From a virus, in the IMG/VR virus record IMGVR_UViG_3300034782_000053: 59,598 nt of DNA; one strand, given 5' to 3'. Positions 8,957-16,702 of the stretch are shown here, in pieces (the first letter of the stretch is position 1; every line of letters starts with the position of its first letter). The translations under genes were made by a program, and so were the position numbers. The notes beneath the pieces are model-generated. The model made no database searches. It saw nothing but the letters and a program-made list of their open reading frames with translations, and was not told where the DNA came from.

Positions 8957-9205
8957 TCAGTCCCCGTATTTCCGTTCGACAATGAGCGCGCAGGTCCCCT
9001 CTTCGTCCTCGTTGGGGAGGCGGACGTTGAACGTCGTGTCCTCGCCGTGATTCTCGATCCACACGGTCACATCGACATCGATCGCACGCACCCTGACGTC
9101 GACAACCTCGACCTGCTCCTCCTCGAAATACGCGCGAAGCGCCTTTGCGAGTCGACCCTGAGCCGCACCCTTGGTGACGGGGATCTGATCATCAAGTCTT
9201 GGCAT
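8957..9205 (-). CDS. hypothetical acidic protein (82 aa)
   Basis: ATG at 9205. Confidence 0.6.
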   Translation of the reverse strand: MPRLDDQIPVTKGAAQGRLAKALRAYFEEEQVEVVDVRVRAIDVDVTVWIENHGEDTTFNVRLPNEDEEGTCALIVERKYGD

Positions 9206-9491
9206 TGTCTTCTTTCTCCTTGCAGTCGTGATTGAGCCATTTGGCCCGTGACGGAACGAACTTGGTGACGAGCCCGGTTGCGAGGGCTGCGCCTATCGGA
9301 TAGGCCGCGAGCGACCTGACGTGCTCTGCAAAAATGACTTCACGGATGACGATGACCCAGACGATGCCGACGACCATCGACCAGAAGGCCGGAATGAGGA
9401 AATCGGTTCTATGGGCCACAATTCGAGTGTTGATGCCGATAAACAGCACCCAGATGAACGCAGCAAAAAAGATCTTTGCGAACTCAGCCAC
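9192..9491 (-). CDS. small membrane protein (2 TM), start uncertain (possible GTG at 9491; ORF-track start 9659 overlaps the upstream gene)
   Basis: Hydrophobic segments FAKIFFAAFIWVLFIGI and FWSMVVGIVWVIVI. No ATG lies between the upstream stop and the first TM. Confidence 0.4.
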   Translation of the reverse strand: MAEFAKIFFAAFIWVLFIGINTRIVAHRTDFLIPAFWSMVVGIVWVIVIREVIFAEHVRSLAAYPIGAALATGLVTKFVPSRAKWLNHDCKEKEDNAKT

Positions 9492-9741
9492 GGAGCGCCT
9501 TGAGCTTTCCCAGCATGAAGCCGTAGGCCAGGTGGCCAGCCGAGAGAATCGGCTTGCCACTGACGACAGGGATGACCGCTCGGAGCGCGTAGACGCCCGG
9601 AGAGTCTTCTTTCCAGATCCAGTAGAGCTTGTGCTTCTCGTCGTCCGTCTTGTAGACATCGATCATGAAGTTCATGCCGAGCCACTTGAGCGAGTAGCTC
9701 TTCTGCTTCTTTTGCTTTGGCGCATCTTTGCGACGCATCAT
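9484..9741 (-). CDS. hypothetical basic protein (85 aa; MMRRKDAPKQKKQK...)
   Basis: ATG at 9741-9739 in a TGATG overlap with the upstream stop (9743-9741). ORF-track start 9798 is an extension. Confidence 0.55.
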   Translation of the reverse strand: MMRRKDAPKQKKQKSYSLKWLGMNFMIDVYKTDDEKHKLYWIWKEDSPGVYALRAVIPVVSGKPILSAGHLAYGFMLGKLKALRG

Positions 9742-9896
9742 CAATACCCCAATAATCTCCAGGTGTCCCACATGGAGTAGATGTAGCTGAAGTAGCAAGA
9801 ATCGCAGCGGTATTCACCGAAAAGAAACCAGTCACAGTACTCCATGCGATGGCAGACCGGGCACTCGCTCTTCTCGTAAATCGACTCCTCACCCAT
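9741..9896 (-). CDS. small zinc-ribbon protein (51 aa; CPVC...CDSC)
   Basis: ATG at 9896, 14 nt downstream of the palindromic element GTAGCATATGCTAC. Confidence 0.55.
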   Translation of the reverse strand: MGEESIYEKSECPVCHRMEYCDWFLFGEYRCDSCYFSYIYSMWDTWRLLGY

Positions 9897-9909
9897 AGTG
9901 CAGAGAGAG

Positions 9910-9956
9910 GTAGCATATGCTACATTTCTTGTCCAGTGAAAAAGTAGCAGATGCAA
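9910..9956 (-). promoter_or_regulatory. candidate promoter/operator: T-tract + CTGGACA + N6 + perfect palindrome GTAGCATATGCTAC
   Basis: 14 nt upstream of gene 9741..9896. A second GTAGCAGATGCAA half-site lies upstream. Confidence 0.45.
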
Positions 9957-10241
9957 TTAGTCGTCGAGGCCACCGTCTAGGATGTAGCGACCCATTCGGC
10001 ACTCGTCTGTGGGCGATCGCTCAATCTGCCCGTGAGAGGCACAAGGCGTCTCGCAGTACCAGGGCTCGTCGTGAACGGCGCAGGAATACTCGCCTGGCTT
10101 GTCGCCGACGAGATGCTGACATCGCTCGGGACCATTGAAGCCCACGGCCTTGAGGTTATCTTCTACGATGCCGAGCTTTGGGTCGTCCACGATGACGACC
10201 ATGGTGGTTGTGCAGCAGTAGCCGCAGCGTAGACAGATCAC
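9957..10241 (-). CDS. YkgJ/UPF0153-like CxxCxxCC zinc/iron-chelating domain protein
   Basis: N-terminal CLRCGYCC signature. GTG start at 10241 in a GTGA overlap with the upstream stop. Further Cys/His follow. Confidence 0.55.
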   Translation of the reverse strand: MICLRCGYCCTTTMVVIVDDPKLGIVEDNLKAVGFNGPERCQHLVGDKPGEYSCAVHDEPWYCETPCASHGQIERSPTDECRMGRYILDGGLDD

Positions 10242-10635
10242 TCGGGGTTACCACCGGGGTTGAGACGAGGCTCGGCCTCATCGTAGATAGCTTTGATCTC
10301 GTCGCCAGCCTTCTCCAGCCTGTTGGCTTCGTCCTCGGTGAGCTGGCCCGAGTGATAGGCGCGGTACAGGGACACGAGACCTTCCTGGAGGTGAAGGAGA
10401 GCGGGACCTGACCATAGCACCTTGCCGATGACCTCATTGGCATTGAAGTCCTCGTCGAGCCCATTCTCCTCAGGAAAGTCAACCGATGAGAGGCCGCAGA
10501 CGTGATCGATCTCCATCTTCTTACAGAACGCCTTCATCCCTTCGATATCATCAGGATCGAACCACTTGCCGTCGTTCTTGCGGCCGTCTTTGCAGTAGAT
10601 GTGAAAACGACCCTCGTCGAGTGAAACAAACCAAA
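10238..10635 (-). CDS. hypothetical protein (~132 aa; probable TTG start after a GGAGGAG SD)
   Basis: ORF-track N-terminus (to 10873) overlaps the upstream gene. TTG at 10635, 9 nt after GGAGGAG. Confidence 0.45.
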
Positions 10636-11394
10636 TCAATCTGCCGACTCCTCCCAGGGGTCTGGAGGCCCCTGTTCCTCCATCAGGGCGATCCGCGCTT
10701 CGACGGCTGGCAGGTCGATGGTAAAGGGGTTGCCGGAGCGGAAGCCGCCGATGGTGACGACGTACTGGTAATCCTCGAAGCCGCCGCTCGGCTCGATGAG
10801 CGTGAGGATGGCGCCGCCGCCAATGCCCAGCGTGTCCTGAAGCTCGATGAGGACAGCCCCCTTCTTCCCCCACTGCTTCTCGGGGTTATCGCGCAGGAAA
10901 CGGAGAATCTTCAGCTCCTCGTGGTAGGTCAGCTCGTGGCCCAGCTCCCAGATAGTTCGATGGGTCCTGAAGAAGGAAAGCTCTTCGTCGAGATCGCCGC
11001 ACCACATGTTGCGGCTGAGCGCCTGCCACGCTTCGAGCGCGAACATGCCAGCGTGAGTATTTCCATCGCTGAAGGGGAACTCCATTCGGAACAGATCGTC
11101 CCGGAGCATCTTGGGGCTTTTCGATCCGTAGTCGGCCCCGAGCATGGTGATGAGCGTCCCCATGTCCTCGTGCATCGTTTCGAGCTTGAAGCGGACAACG
11201 ACCCAACACCATGGGTCAGAGAGCACCTGGACGGAGAAGTGGTCCTTTCCCGAGGGGTGCTCTGGATGAGGCACAGCGCGCTTGACCATCTTCATAGGCA
11301 GGCGCACCTGCCCTCCGTCCTCACGACGACTGCACTGAAGCTTGTGCTGGCCCAACATTCTGCACTCGGGGCATCGCTCTTTTTCCTTGGACAT
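10636..11394 (-). CDS. hypothetical protein (252 aa) with N-terminal CPEC zinc knuckle
   Basis: ATG at 11394 with an AAAGGA SD. Preceded by a copy of the CTGGACA + palindrome element. Confidence 0.7.
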   Translation of the reverse strand: MSKEKERCPECRMLGQHKLQCSRREDGGQVRLPMKMVKRAVPHPEHPSGKDHFSVQVLSDPWCWVVVRFKLETMHEDMGTLITMLGADYGSKSPKMLRDDLFRMEFPFSDGNTHAGMFALEAWQALSRNMWCGDLDEELSFFRTHRTIWELGHELTYHEELKILRFLRDNPEKQWGKKGAVLIELQDTLGIGGGAILTLIEPSGGFEDYQYVVTIGGFRSGNPFTIDLPAVEARIALMEEQGPPDPWEESAD

Positions 11395-11427
11395 CACGAT
11401 GGTCCTTTCGCTCGCACATATCCTAGG

Positions 11428-11477
11428 GGTAACATATGCAACCTACCTTGTCCAGAGGATATTGCATGTGCTATATT
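11428..11477. promoter_or_regulatory. divergent regulatory region: CTGGACA + N6 + GTTGCATATGTTAC (degenerate palindrome), plus TTGCATGTGCTAT
   Basis: Lies between minus gene 10636..11394 and the plus-strand methyltransferase (11485). Confidence 0.4.
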
Positions 11478-11484
11478 GCCGCCG

Positions 11485-12231
11485 ATGAAACAGGAACCGC
11501 TCTTTTTTCGCGGGGGACCGCGATTTGTCACTTCACAGGTCGTTAAGCAGGATGCGCTTGACTTTTTGGGAAGTCTTGAGGACGAATCGGTCGACCTCGT
11601 CGTGACCGACCCTCCCTACGAATCACTGGAGAAACACCGAGCAAAAGGGACAACGACCAGGCTCAGCCACTCGAAATCCTCTTCAAATGACTGGTTTCAA
11701 ATCTTCCCAAACTCACGCTTCGATGATCTGTTCAGAGTACTGTACCGCGTCCTCAGGATGGATTCACATTGCTACCTGTTCTGTGACCAGGAAACGATGT
11801 TTGTGGCAAAGCCGATCGCCGAAGAGGCCGGGTTCACGTTCCACAAGCCGCTCGTATGGGATAAGGTCGCCATCGGCATGGGCTATCACTACAGAGCCCG
11901 GTACGAACTGATCCTCTTCTTCGAAAAAGGAAAGCGAAAGCTCAACGACCTCTCCATTCCAGACGTCATCAGAGAGAAACGCATCTACAAGGGCTACCCC
12001 ACCGAGAAGCCAGTCCCCGTCCTCCGGACGCTCATCAGCCAAAGCACTGAGCCTGGCGAAGTCGTCTGCGACCCCTTCTGCGGGAGCGGCTCGGCCGGCG
12101 TCGCGGCTGTCGAGCTGGGGCGCATCTTCTGCGGAAGTGATATTTGCGACGAAGCGATCGAAGTTTCTACACGGCGAATCAAAGAGGCTCAAGCTCAGGA
12201 TCGATCAGAAGAGCCCGCTGCTGATCAGTGA
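11485..12231 (+). CDS. DNA methyltransferase, beta-class (N6-adenine or N4-cytosine); orphan (no cognate restriction enzyme in the window)
   Basis: Motif IV VVTDPPY near the N-terminus precedes motif I FCGSGSAG near the C-terminus. Typical MTase N-terminal GD..L..L...SVDLVVTDPPY. The only convincing plus-strand gene. Confidence 0.85.
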   Translation: MKQEPLFFRGGPRFVTSQVVKQDALDFLGSLEDESVDLVVTDPPYESLEKHRAKGTTTRLSHSKSSSNDWFQIFPNSRFDDLFRVLYRVLRMDSHCYLFCDQETMFVAKPIAEEAGFTFHKPLVWDKVAIGMGYHYRARYELILFFEKGKRKLNDLSIPDVIREKRIYKGYPTEKPVPVLRTLISQSTEPGEVVCDPFCGSGSAGVAAVELGRIFCGSDICDEAIEVSTRRIKEAQAQDRSEEPAADQ

Positions 12232-12985
12232 GTCCTGGCGCTACGCGGGCCAGCTCTTCCCTCAGTCCTGGGTCCTCGATCGCATCGGCGAAGGCGAACC
12301 TCTGGTCAGAGGTGATCGCGAGCTGGAGCGGCAACCTGAGCACGTGGAAGAGAGATTCTTCGTCCTCCAGTGAGTTGATCAGGACGAACTGCTGGTTCTG
12401 CGTCAGCCACTGCTGCGTCTGCAGGAACTCCATCTTCTCGCCGTCCGGGGCTTCAAGTATCAGCTCAAAACGATGAGGATATGTCAGCACCCGCGCCTTG
12501 CGGGCGAGCCAGCCCTTCCACTCGGGAGCGAGCTGGTCGATGAGCTGTCGCTGTCGCTGCTCGTCGAGGAATCGGTACTCGCCCAGAAAGTTCGACCACG
12601 CTTCATCCGTCCCGATGCTCTCGATCATCTGAAGACGAAGCTCTGGGTTGAGGTTGTCGGCATAGAGCGCAGCGTCGGCCCTGTCTTTCTCGGTCAGACT
12701 CAGTGAGAGGCACGCTCGCTGCTCCGCGTTGAGATAGCTGTAGACAGGGAGCGCACCAATATCGCCGCTCGTCGCGAAATCGCCGCCGCGGTTCACGATC
12801 TTCCAGCGCTCGTTGTATTCGAGGTGAGCCCAGGCGTCGTAGAACTTGACAAGGTCACTCATGGGGTAGCCCATCTCGGCGAGAACGACTGCCTCCTCGA
12901 TGTCGTCCTGGTCGATGAGAAGATTCCCCTCGTCGTCGATCTCGATGCCGACGTAGTCATCACCGACCTTGAACATGCACTCCAT
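12179..12985 (-). CDS. EMGY-domain family paralog 1 (268 aa)
   Basis: N-terminal MECMFKVGDDYVGIEIDDEGNLLIDQDDIEEAVVLAEMGYPMSD. ATG at 12985. Confidence 0.8.
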   Translation of the reverse strand: MECMFKVGDDYVGIEIDDEGNLLIDQDDIEEAVVLAEMGYPMSDLVKFYDAWAHLEYNERWKIVNRGGDFATSGDIGALPVYSYLNAEQRACLSLSLTEKDRADAALYADNLNPELRLQMIESIGTDEAWSNFLGEYRFLDEQRQRQLIDQLAPEWKGWLARKARVLTYPHRFELILEAPDGEKMEFLQTQQWLTQNQQFVLINSLEDEESLFHVLRLPLQLAITSDQRFAFADAIEDPGLREELARVAPGLTDQQRALLIDPELEPL

Positions 12986-12987
12986 GG

Positions 12988-13821
12988 CTACTCCGTGCCT
13001 TCAAGATACTTGACGTAGCGGCCAATCTGCCAGGCGCGCTCCTCGGGGAAAAAGCGTTCGTGAAAATCGATTGTTTGTGCAGTCTGAGGAGCATCCGTTG
13101 CCGGAAACCAAATGCCCTCTTCGTAGACAAGAGTATCCTCCCATGTGATTTCTGGGTATTCCTTGAATACCCTAAAATAAGAGGCACCCTTGGCCATGGC
13201 GTCAACGAAATGGTAGAGCTTGGGAAAGCCCATGCCGCCTGGGTCCCACGCGCGCTTGGGGTCTTGATCGATCGCCATCCCCAAGATCCATCGAAGGTGT
13301 GCCTTTACTATGTCGTTGAGGTAGGCCATGTAGTTCCCGTCAAATTCTTGACCCCCATATTCACGAAAACCACTCTGAATTGCTCTTTCGCCAGAGATGT
13401 AATCACCATATTCGAGCGTCCACCACTCCTTGAACTTTCGGTACTGGCCGATAGCTTCCTCATACAGCTCGCCTTGCAGGGGCTCTCCCTCAGTCCCCAG
13501 TTCCCGGATCGCCTCGGCAACCTGATCCATCCAGGGGATGAACTCATCGAACTCGGCGTAGTCCGCGGAGTGCTGCAGGCAGTCGAGCAGGTAGGTAATC
13601 ATCAGCTCGTAGGGGTCGAGTGGCACCCGCTTGAGGAGAAACCGGAGTGTCCTTTGGCTCAACCTCCGAAGGAACGCAAGACACTCGGGTGTGTCGTAGC
13701 CCATCTCTTCGAGCACTTTGGCTTCTTCGATATCGTAGCCGTGAACGTCGAAGCTCCCGTGTTCAAAGAATTCGATCTCGATCTGAGTATTCTCACAGTT
13801 CACAGGAACGATCACTGACAT
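12988..13821 (-). CDS. EMGY-domain family paralog 2 (277 aa)
   Basis: MSVIVPVNCENTQIEIEFFEHGSFDVHGYDIEEAKVLEEMGYDTPEC. ATG 13821 in a TGATG overlap with the upstream stop. ORF-track start 13860 is an extension. Confidence 0.8.
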   Translation of the reverse strand: MSVIVPVNCENTQIEIEFFEHGSFDVHGYDIEEAKVLEEMGYDTPECLAFLRRLSQRTLRFLLKRVPLDPYELMITYLLDCLQHSADYAEFDEFIPWMDQVAEAIRELGTEGEPLQGELYEEAIGQYRKFKEWWTLEYGDYISGERAIQSGFREYGGQEFDGNYMAYLNDIVKAHLRWILGMAIDQDPKRAWDPGGMGFPKLYHFVDAMAKGASYFRVFKEYPEITWEDTLVYEEGIWFPATDAPQTAQTIDFHERFFPEERAWQIGRYVKYLEGTE

Positions 13822-14549
13822 CACGCCTCCAAATACTGCAAGAGCCGAGCGAGCTGCCACGATTCCTCTCGGAACTCGACCTCTTCGATCTCGCTGGCGG
13901 TCGGGTCTTCGAGGTCTCCAGTGGCCCTGGCATAGTCCGACATGATGATACGAAGCTGGCTGACGGTCGTATCAATGTCTCCGCTGGCCATGTCTTCTAG
14001 CAGGTTGTCCTCGTTCAGGATGTACTTGAGAAAATCCTTGAGCAGGACGATGTACTCATTGAGGACTTTTTCCATCTCTTCGCGGTCGTAAGGAACCGGC
14101 TCGCTGCGCACACCATACTGACGCAACCACTTCAGCATCAGGTCGGCACGAATCCACATGCTCTCTTCCAGCTCGACGTTGTCGACGTTCATGTTGTGAG
14201 CACGCGCTATCGTTATGACATCCCCAGCCACCCACTTGAAATCTGGAACCGCCTCTCCAAACTGCTGAGCGACGTGAGCAAAGCAGTCGAGGACGTATTC
14301 GACGGCCGTCCCAGGAATGTCTTCGATGCCGGCGTTGAATGCGAGGCCCGTCCACGACCCCAGGAGAAAGTTGACCATGTCGCCTTCAAGTTCCCTTGCC
14401 GCGCTCAGGCAATCCGAGGGCTCATATCCAAGCTCTTCGAGCGTCAAGTCCTCGCTGAAGTCGTAGCCCACGAACTCGAAGGATCCGTCCTCATAGATGA
14501 TGACGTCCTGACGCTCGTCGTCGCAGTAGATAGTGATCGAAACCGGCAC
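13821..14549 (-). CDS. EMGY-domain family paralog 3 (242 aa)
   Basis: GTG start at 14549 with GAGGAGGA SD. ...VGYDFSEDLTLEELGYEPSDC. Confidence 0.75.
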   Translation of the reverse strand: MPVSITIYCDDERQDVIIYEDGSFEFVGYDFSEDLTLEELGYEPSDCLSAARELEGDMVNFLLGSWTGLAFNAGIEDIPGTAVEYVLDCFAHVAQQFGEAVPDFKWVAGDVITIARAHNMNVDNVELEESMWIRADLMLKWLRQYGVRSEPVPYDREEMEKVLNEYIVLLKDFLKYILNEDNLLEDMASGDIDTTVSQLRIIMSDYARATGDLEDPTASEIEEVEFREESWQLARLLQYLEA

Positions 14550-14551
14550 CG

Positions 14552-15316
14552 TCAGTCCTCCTCGAAGATGATGTTGAGAGCTTTTTCAAAAATCTCTCTA
14601 TTAAATTCCTCGAAAGACTCTTCCCTGACGTCACCGATATCATTGAGACCGCCGCCCGCTTCCACGACTTCATCGACAGCAAGTTCTCTGGCGACCTCTC
14701 TTATCCTATGTACGATTTCCTCTACATTGTCCCATGCATCAATGCGTTTCGCCGCAGACTGCCCACAATCCAACGCCCCCTTGCTGCTTCTGACGTACAA
14801 AGAAATGATCGTTAGGCAAATCTTTTGAACACGGCGCTCCACCTCAGGGTCAGGCCCTCGCCCCACGACGACTGTGGGATACATGGCCTTGTCCTCTCTG
14901 CGCCACCGCGCTTCTTTTTTCAATTGAGTCCAGTTGCGGATCATTTTCTTTGCCCAGACCCAATCGCCTCTTTTGTAACCGTCGCCCTCCTCGATGACAT
15001 TCATCATTCTTTCGAGATGGTTCGCCATGTCCGTCGGGACCGCCTCTCGGACCATGTAAAAATACTCTGCGATCATGCCGTGAAGCAGCAGCCGAAGCTT
15101 TTCGCCACACAAATAGGTCGAGAAAATAACGAGGAATCGAAGGGGCCGATTCTGATAGTCTTCAAGCGTAAACAGACAGTCTTCTCGATACCCCATCTCT
15201 CGAAGCGTCTCGGCTTCTTCCTCGTCGAAGTTCTCAATCTCCATGGACCCGTCTTCGTAGAGGATGAAGGTGTGACGCTCATCGTCACAGACCAACTCGA
15301 AGGTCTTCGACTTCAT
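14552..15316 (-). CDS. EMGY-domain family paralog 4 (254 aa)
   Basis: Internal ATG 15316 adjacent to the upstream stop. MKSKTFELVCDDERHTFILYEDGSMEIENFDEEEAETLREMGYREDC. Confidence 0.8.
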   Translation of the reverse strand: MKSKTFELVCDDERHTFILYEDGSMEIENFDEEEAETLREMGYREDCLFTLEDYQNRPLRFLVIFSTYLCGEKLRLLLHGMIAEYFYMVREAVPTDMANHLERMMNVIEEGDGYKRGDWVWAKKMIRNWTQLKKEARWRREDKAMYPTVVVGRGPDPEVERRVQKICLTIISLYVRSSKGALDCGQSAAKRIDAWDNVEEIVHRIREVARELAVDEVVEAGGGLNDIGDVREESFEEFNREIFEKALNIIFEED

Positions 15317-15735
15317 CGCTCCCGCCGTTCGAGCATCGCCGCCGCGACGCGAGCGAGGACGAATCCTCCAATGATCGCGCCAATTGTGAGAAACCAACCG
15401 TTGCCAGAGCCGTTGCCACTGGCAACAGTGCCGAAGCCTTCGAGTCCCGTCGCCGGGACGATCTGCTTCCACATGGTGGGCTGTGAGATCAGGTCGCCTG
15501 GAACTGAGCCAGGGGGAACGACCGTCAACGTGCGCGTGGGGCCGCTGCGAATATCGTAAGGAGGAAGCACGGTGACAGGCGGCGGGATCGCTGGAAGCCC
15601 AAACTCCTCAGCGATGTACTTGCGCGCTTCCGTTGGCGTCCCATAGACCTGAAGGACGTGAGTGGGGGCCGCGTATCGAACCTTCCCCTCGTTGAAACCA
15701 GGATCAAACTCGGTGACGTAGTCGTATGTCGTCAT
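15313..15735 (-). CDS. C-tail-anchored membrane protein (140 aa), MYEY-like N-terminus (MTTYDYVTEF), interleaved in the EMGY array
   Basis: C-terminal GNGSGNGWFLTIGAIIGGFVLARVAAAMLERRER (NG repeat + TM + basic tail). ATG 15735. Confidence 0.7.
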   Translation of the reverse strand: MTTYDYVTEFDPGFNEGKVRYAAPTHVLQVYGTPTEARKYIAEEFGLPAIPPPVTVLPPYDIRSGPTRTLTVVPPGSVPGDLISQPTMWKQIVPATGLEGFGTVASGNGSGNGWFLTIGAIIGGFVLARVAAAMLERRER

Positions 15736-15744
15736 GAAACTCTC

Positions 15745-16701
15745 CTACAAATGCCAAGCGACAATTTCTCCCTCTCGATCGATCACTCGAAAACCCTCCG
15801 TCTGCTGGTTTGCTGTTCCGATGTCCGTGACGATCTCGAAATGGCGCTTCGCTGACTCCAGGTCGGGATACCAGACCGTCGTGTTGATTTCTCTGCCACC
15901 CTGCGCATGCTGGTCCCAATAGTAGTCGACGAACTCGACACCATACGGACCATCGGGATCTTTCTCCGGAACCCATGGGCGCTCTGGTAGTGGCGGGACT
16001 TGGTCTTCGAGGCCAAAGCTCGCGAGCACGTGATCCATGTCGTTTTTGTTATCCATAGTCCAGAAGTCTGGCCACATCCCTGGGGGCCTGTAGTCGTCGT
16101 CATACTCCCCCATGTCGTGCTCGGTGTAGTACAAGTCGATTACGTCGTTGGTGATCAGGGCCGATCCGCGTTTCCACTTCGCTATCGACTTATCGTTGAT
16201 AACAAGCTCGTTCTCAAAAATCTCAGGGATGTGCTGAAGACTGACATCTTCCAGTATCCGGGAAGGGTCCTCAACATGCACCGAGTGGAGAACGATGCTG
16301 ATCCCATAGCTGTCCGAAAGCGCTCCGATGATGCGAGCGATACTCCTGCTTCTGCTGTCAAAATCTTCCAGGGACTTCTTGAGGAAAGTAGTCAAGTAGT
16401 CCAGAAACTCGTCAAACTCCATGTCGTATCGTTCCGTGAACTCCTCACCGTCAAGCTCGAACGTTGTTTCGGCGCCGGTGACGCCGTCCATGAAGTCTTC
16501 CCACTGACCGTCCTTCTCCAGCAGCGCACGGAAGTCTTTCCAACCCGTCGAAAGCATCATGCATTCTGTGGGCTCATAACCCATCTCGGCGAGCGTCTCG
16601 TCTTCGGAGGCATCGTACTCGAAGATGAGCAGGTCGCCATCATCATCAATGGTGGCGTCGTATTCATTGCCGTCGCATTCAATCTTCAAATCGAAGGACA
16701 T
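15745..16701 (-). CDS. EMGY-domain family paralog 5 (318 aa)
   Basis: MSFDLKIECDGNEYDATIDDDGDLLIFEYDASEDETLAEMGYEPTEC. Confidence 0.8.
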   Translation of the reverse strand: MSFDLKIECDGNEYDATIDDDGDLLIFEYDASEDETLAEMGYEPTECMMLSTGWKDFRALLEKDGQWEDFMDGVTGAETTFELDGEEFTERYDMEFDEFLDYLTTFLKKSLEDFDSRSRSIARIIGALSDSYGISIVLHSVHVEDPSRILEDVSLQHIPEIFENELVINDKSIAKWKRGSALITNDVIDLYYTEHDMGEYDDDYRPPGMWPDFWTMDNKNDMDHVLASFGLEDQVPPLPERPWVPEKDPDGPYGVEFVDYYWDQHAQGGREINTTVWYPDLESAKRHFEIVTDIGTANQQTEGFRVIDREGEIVAWHL

Positions 16702-16702
16702 C

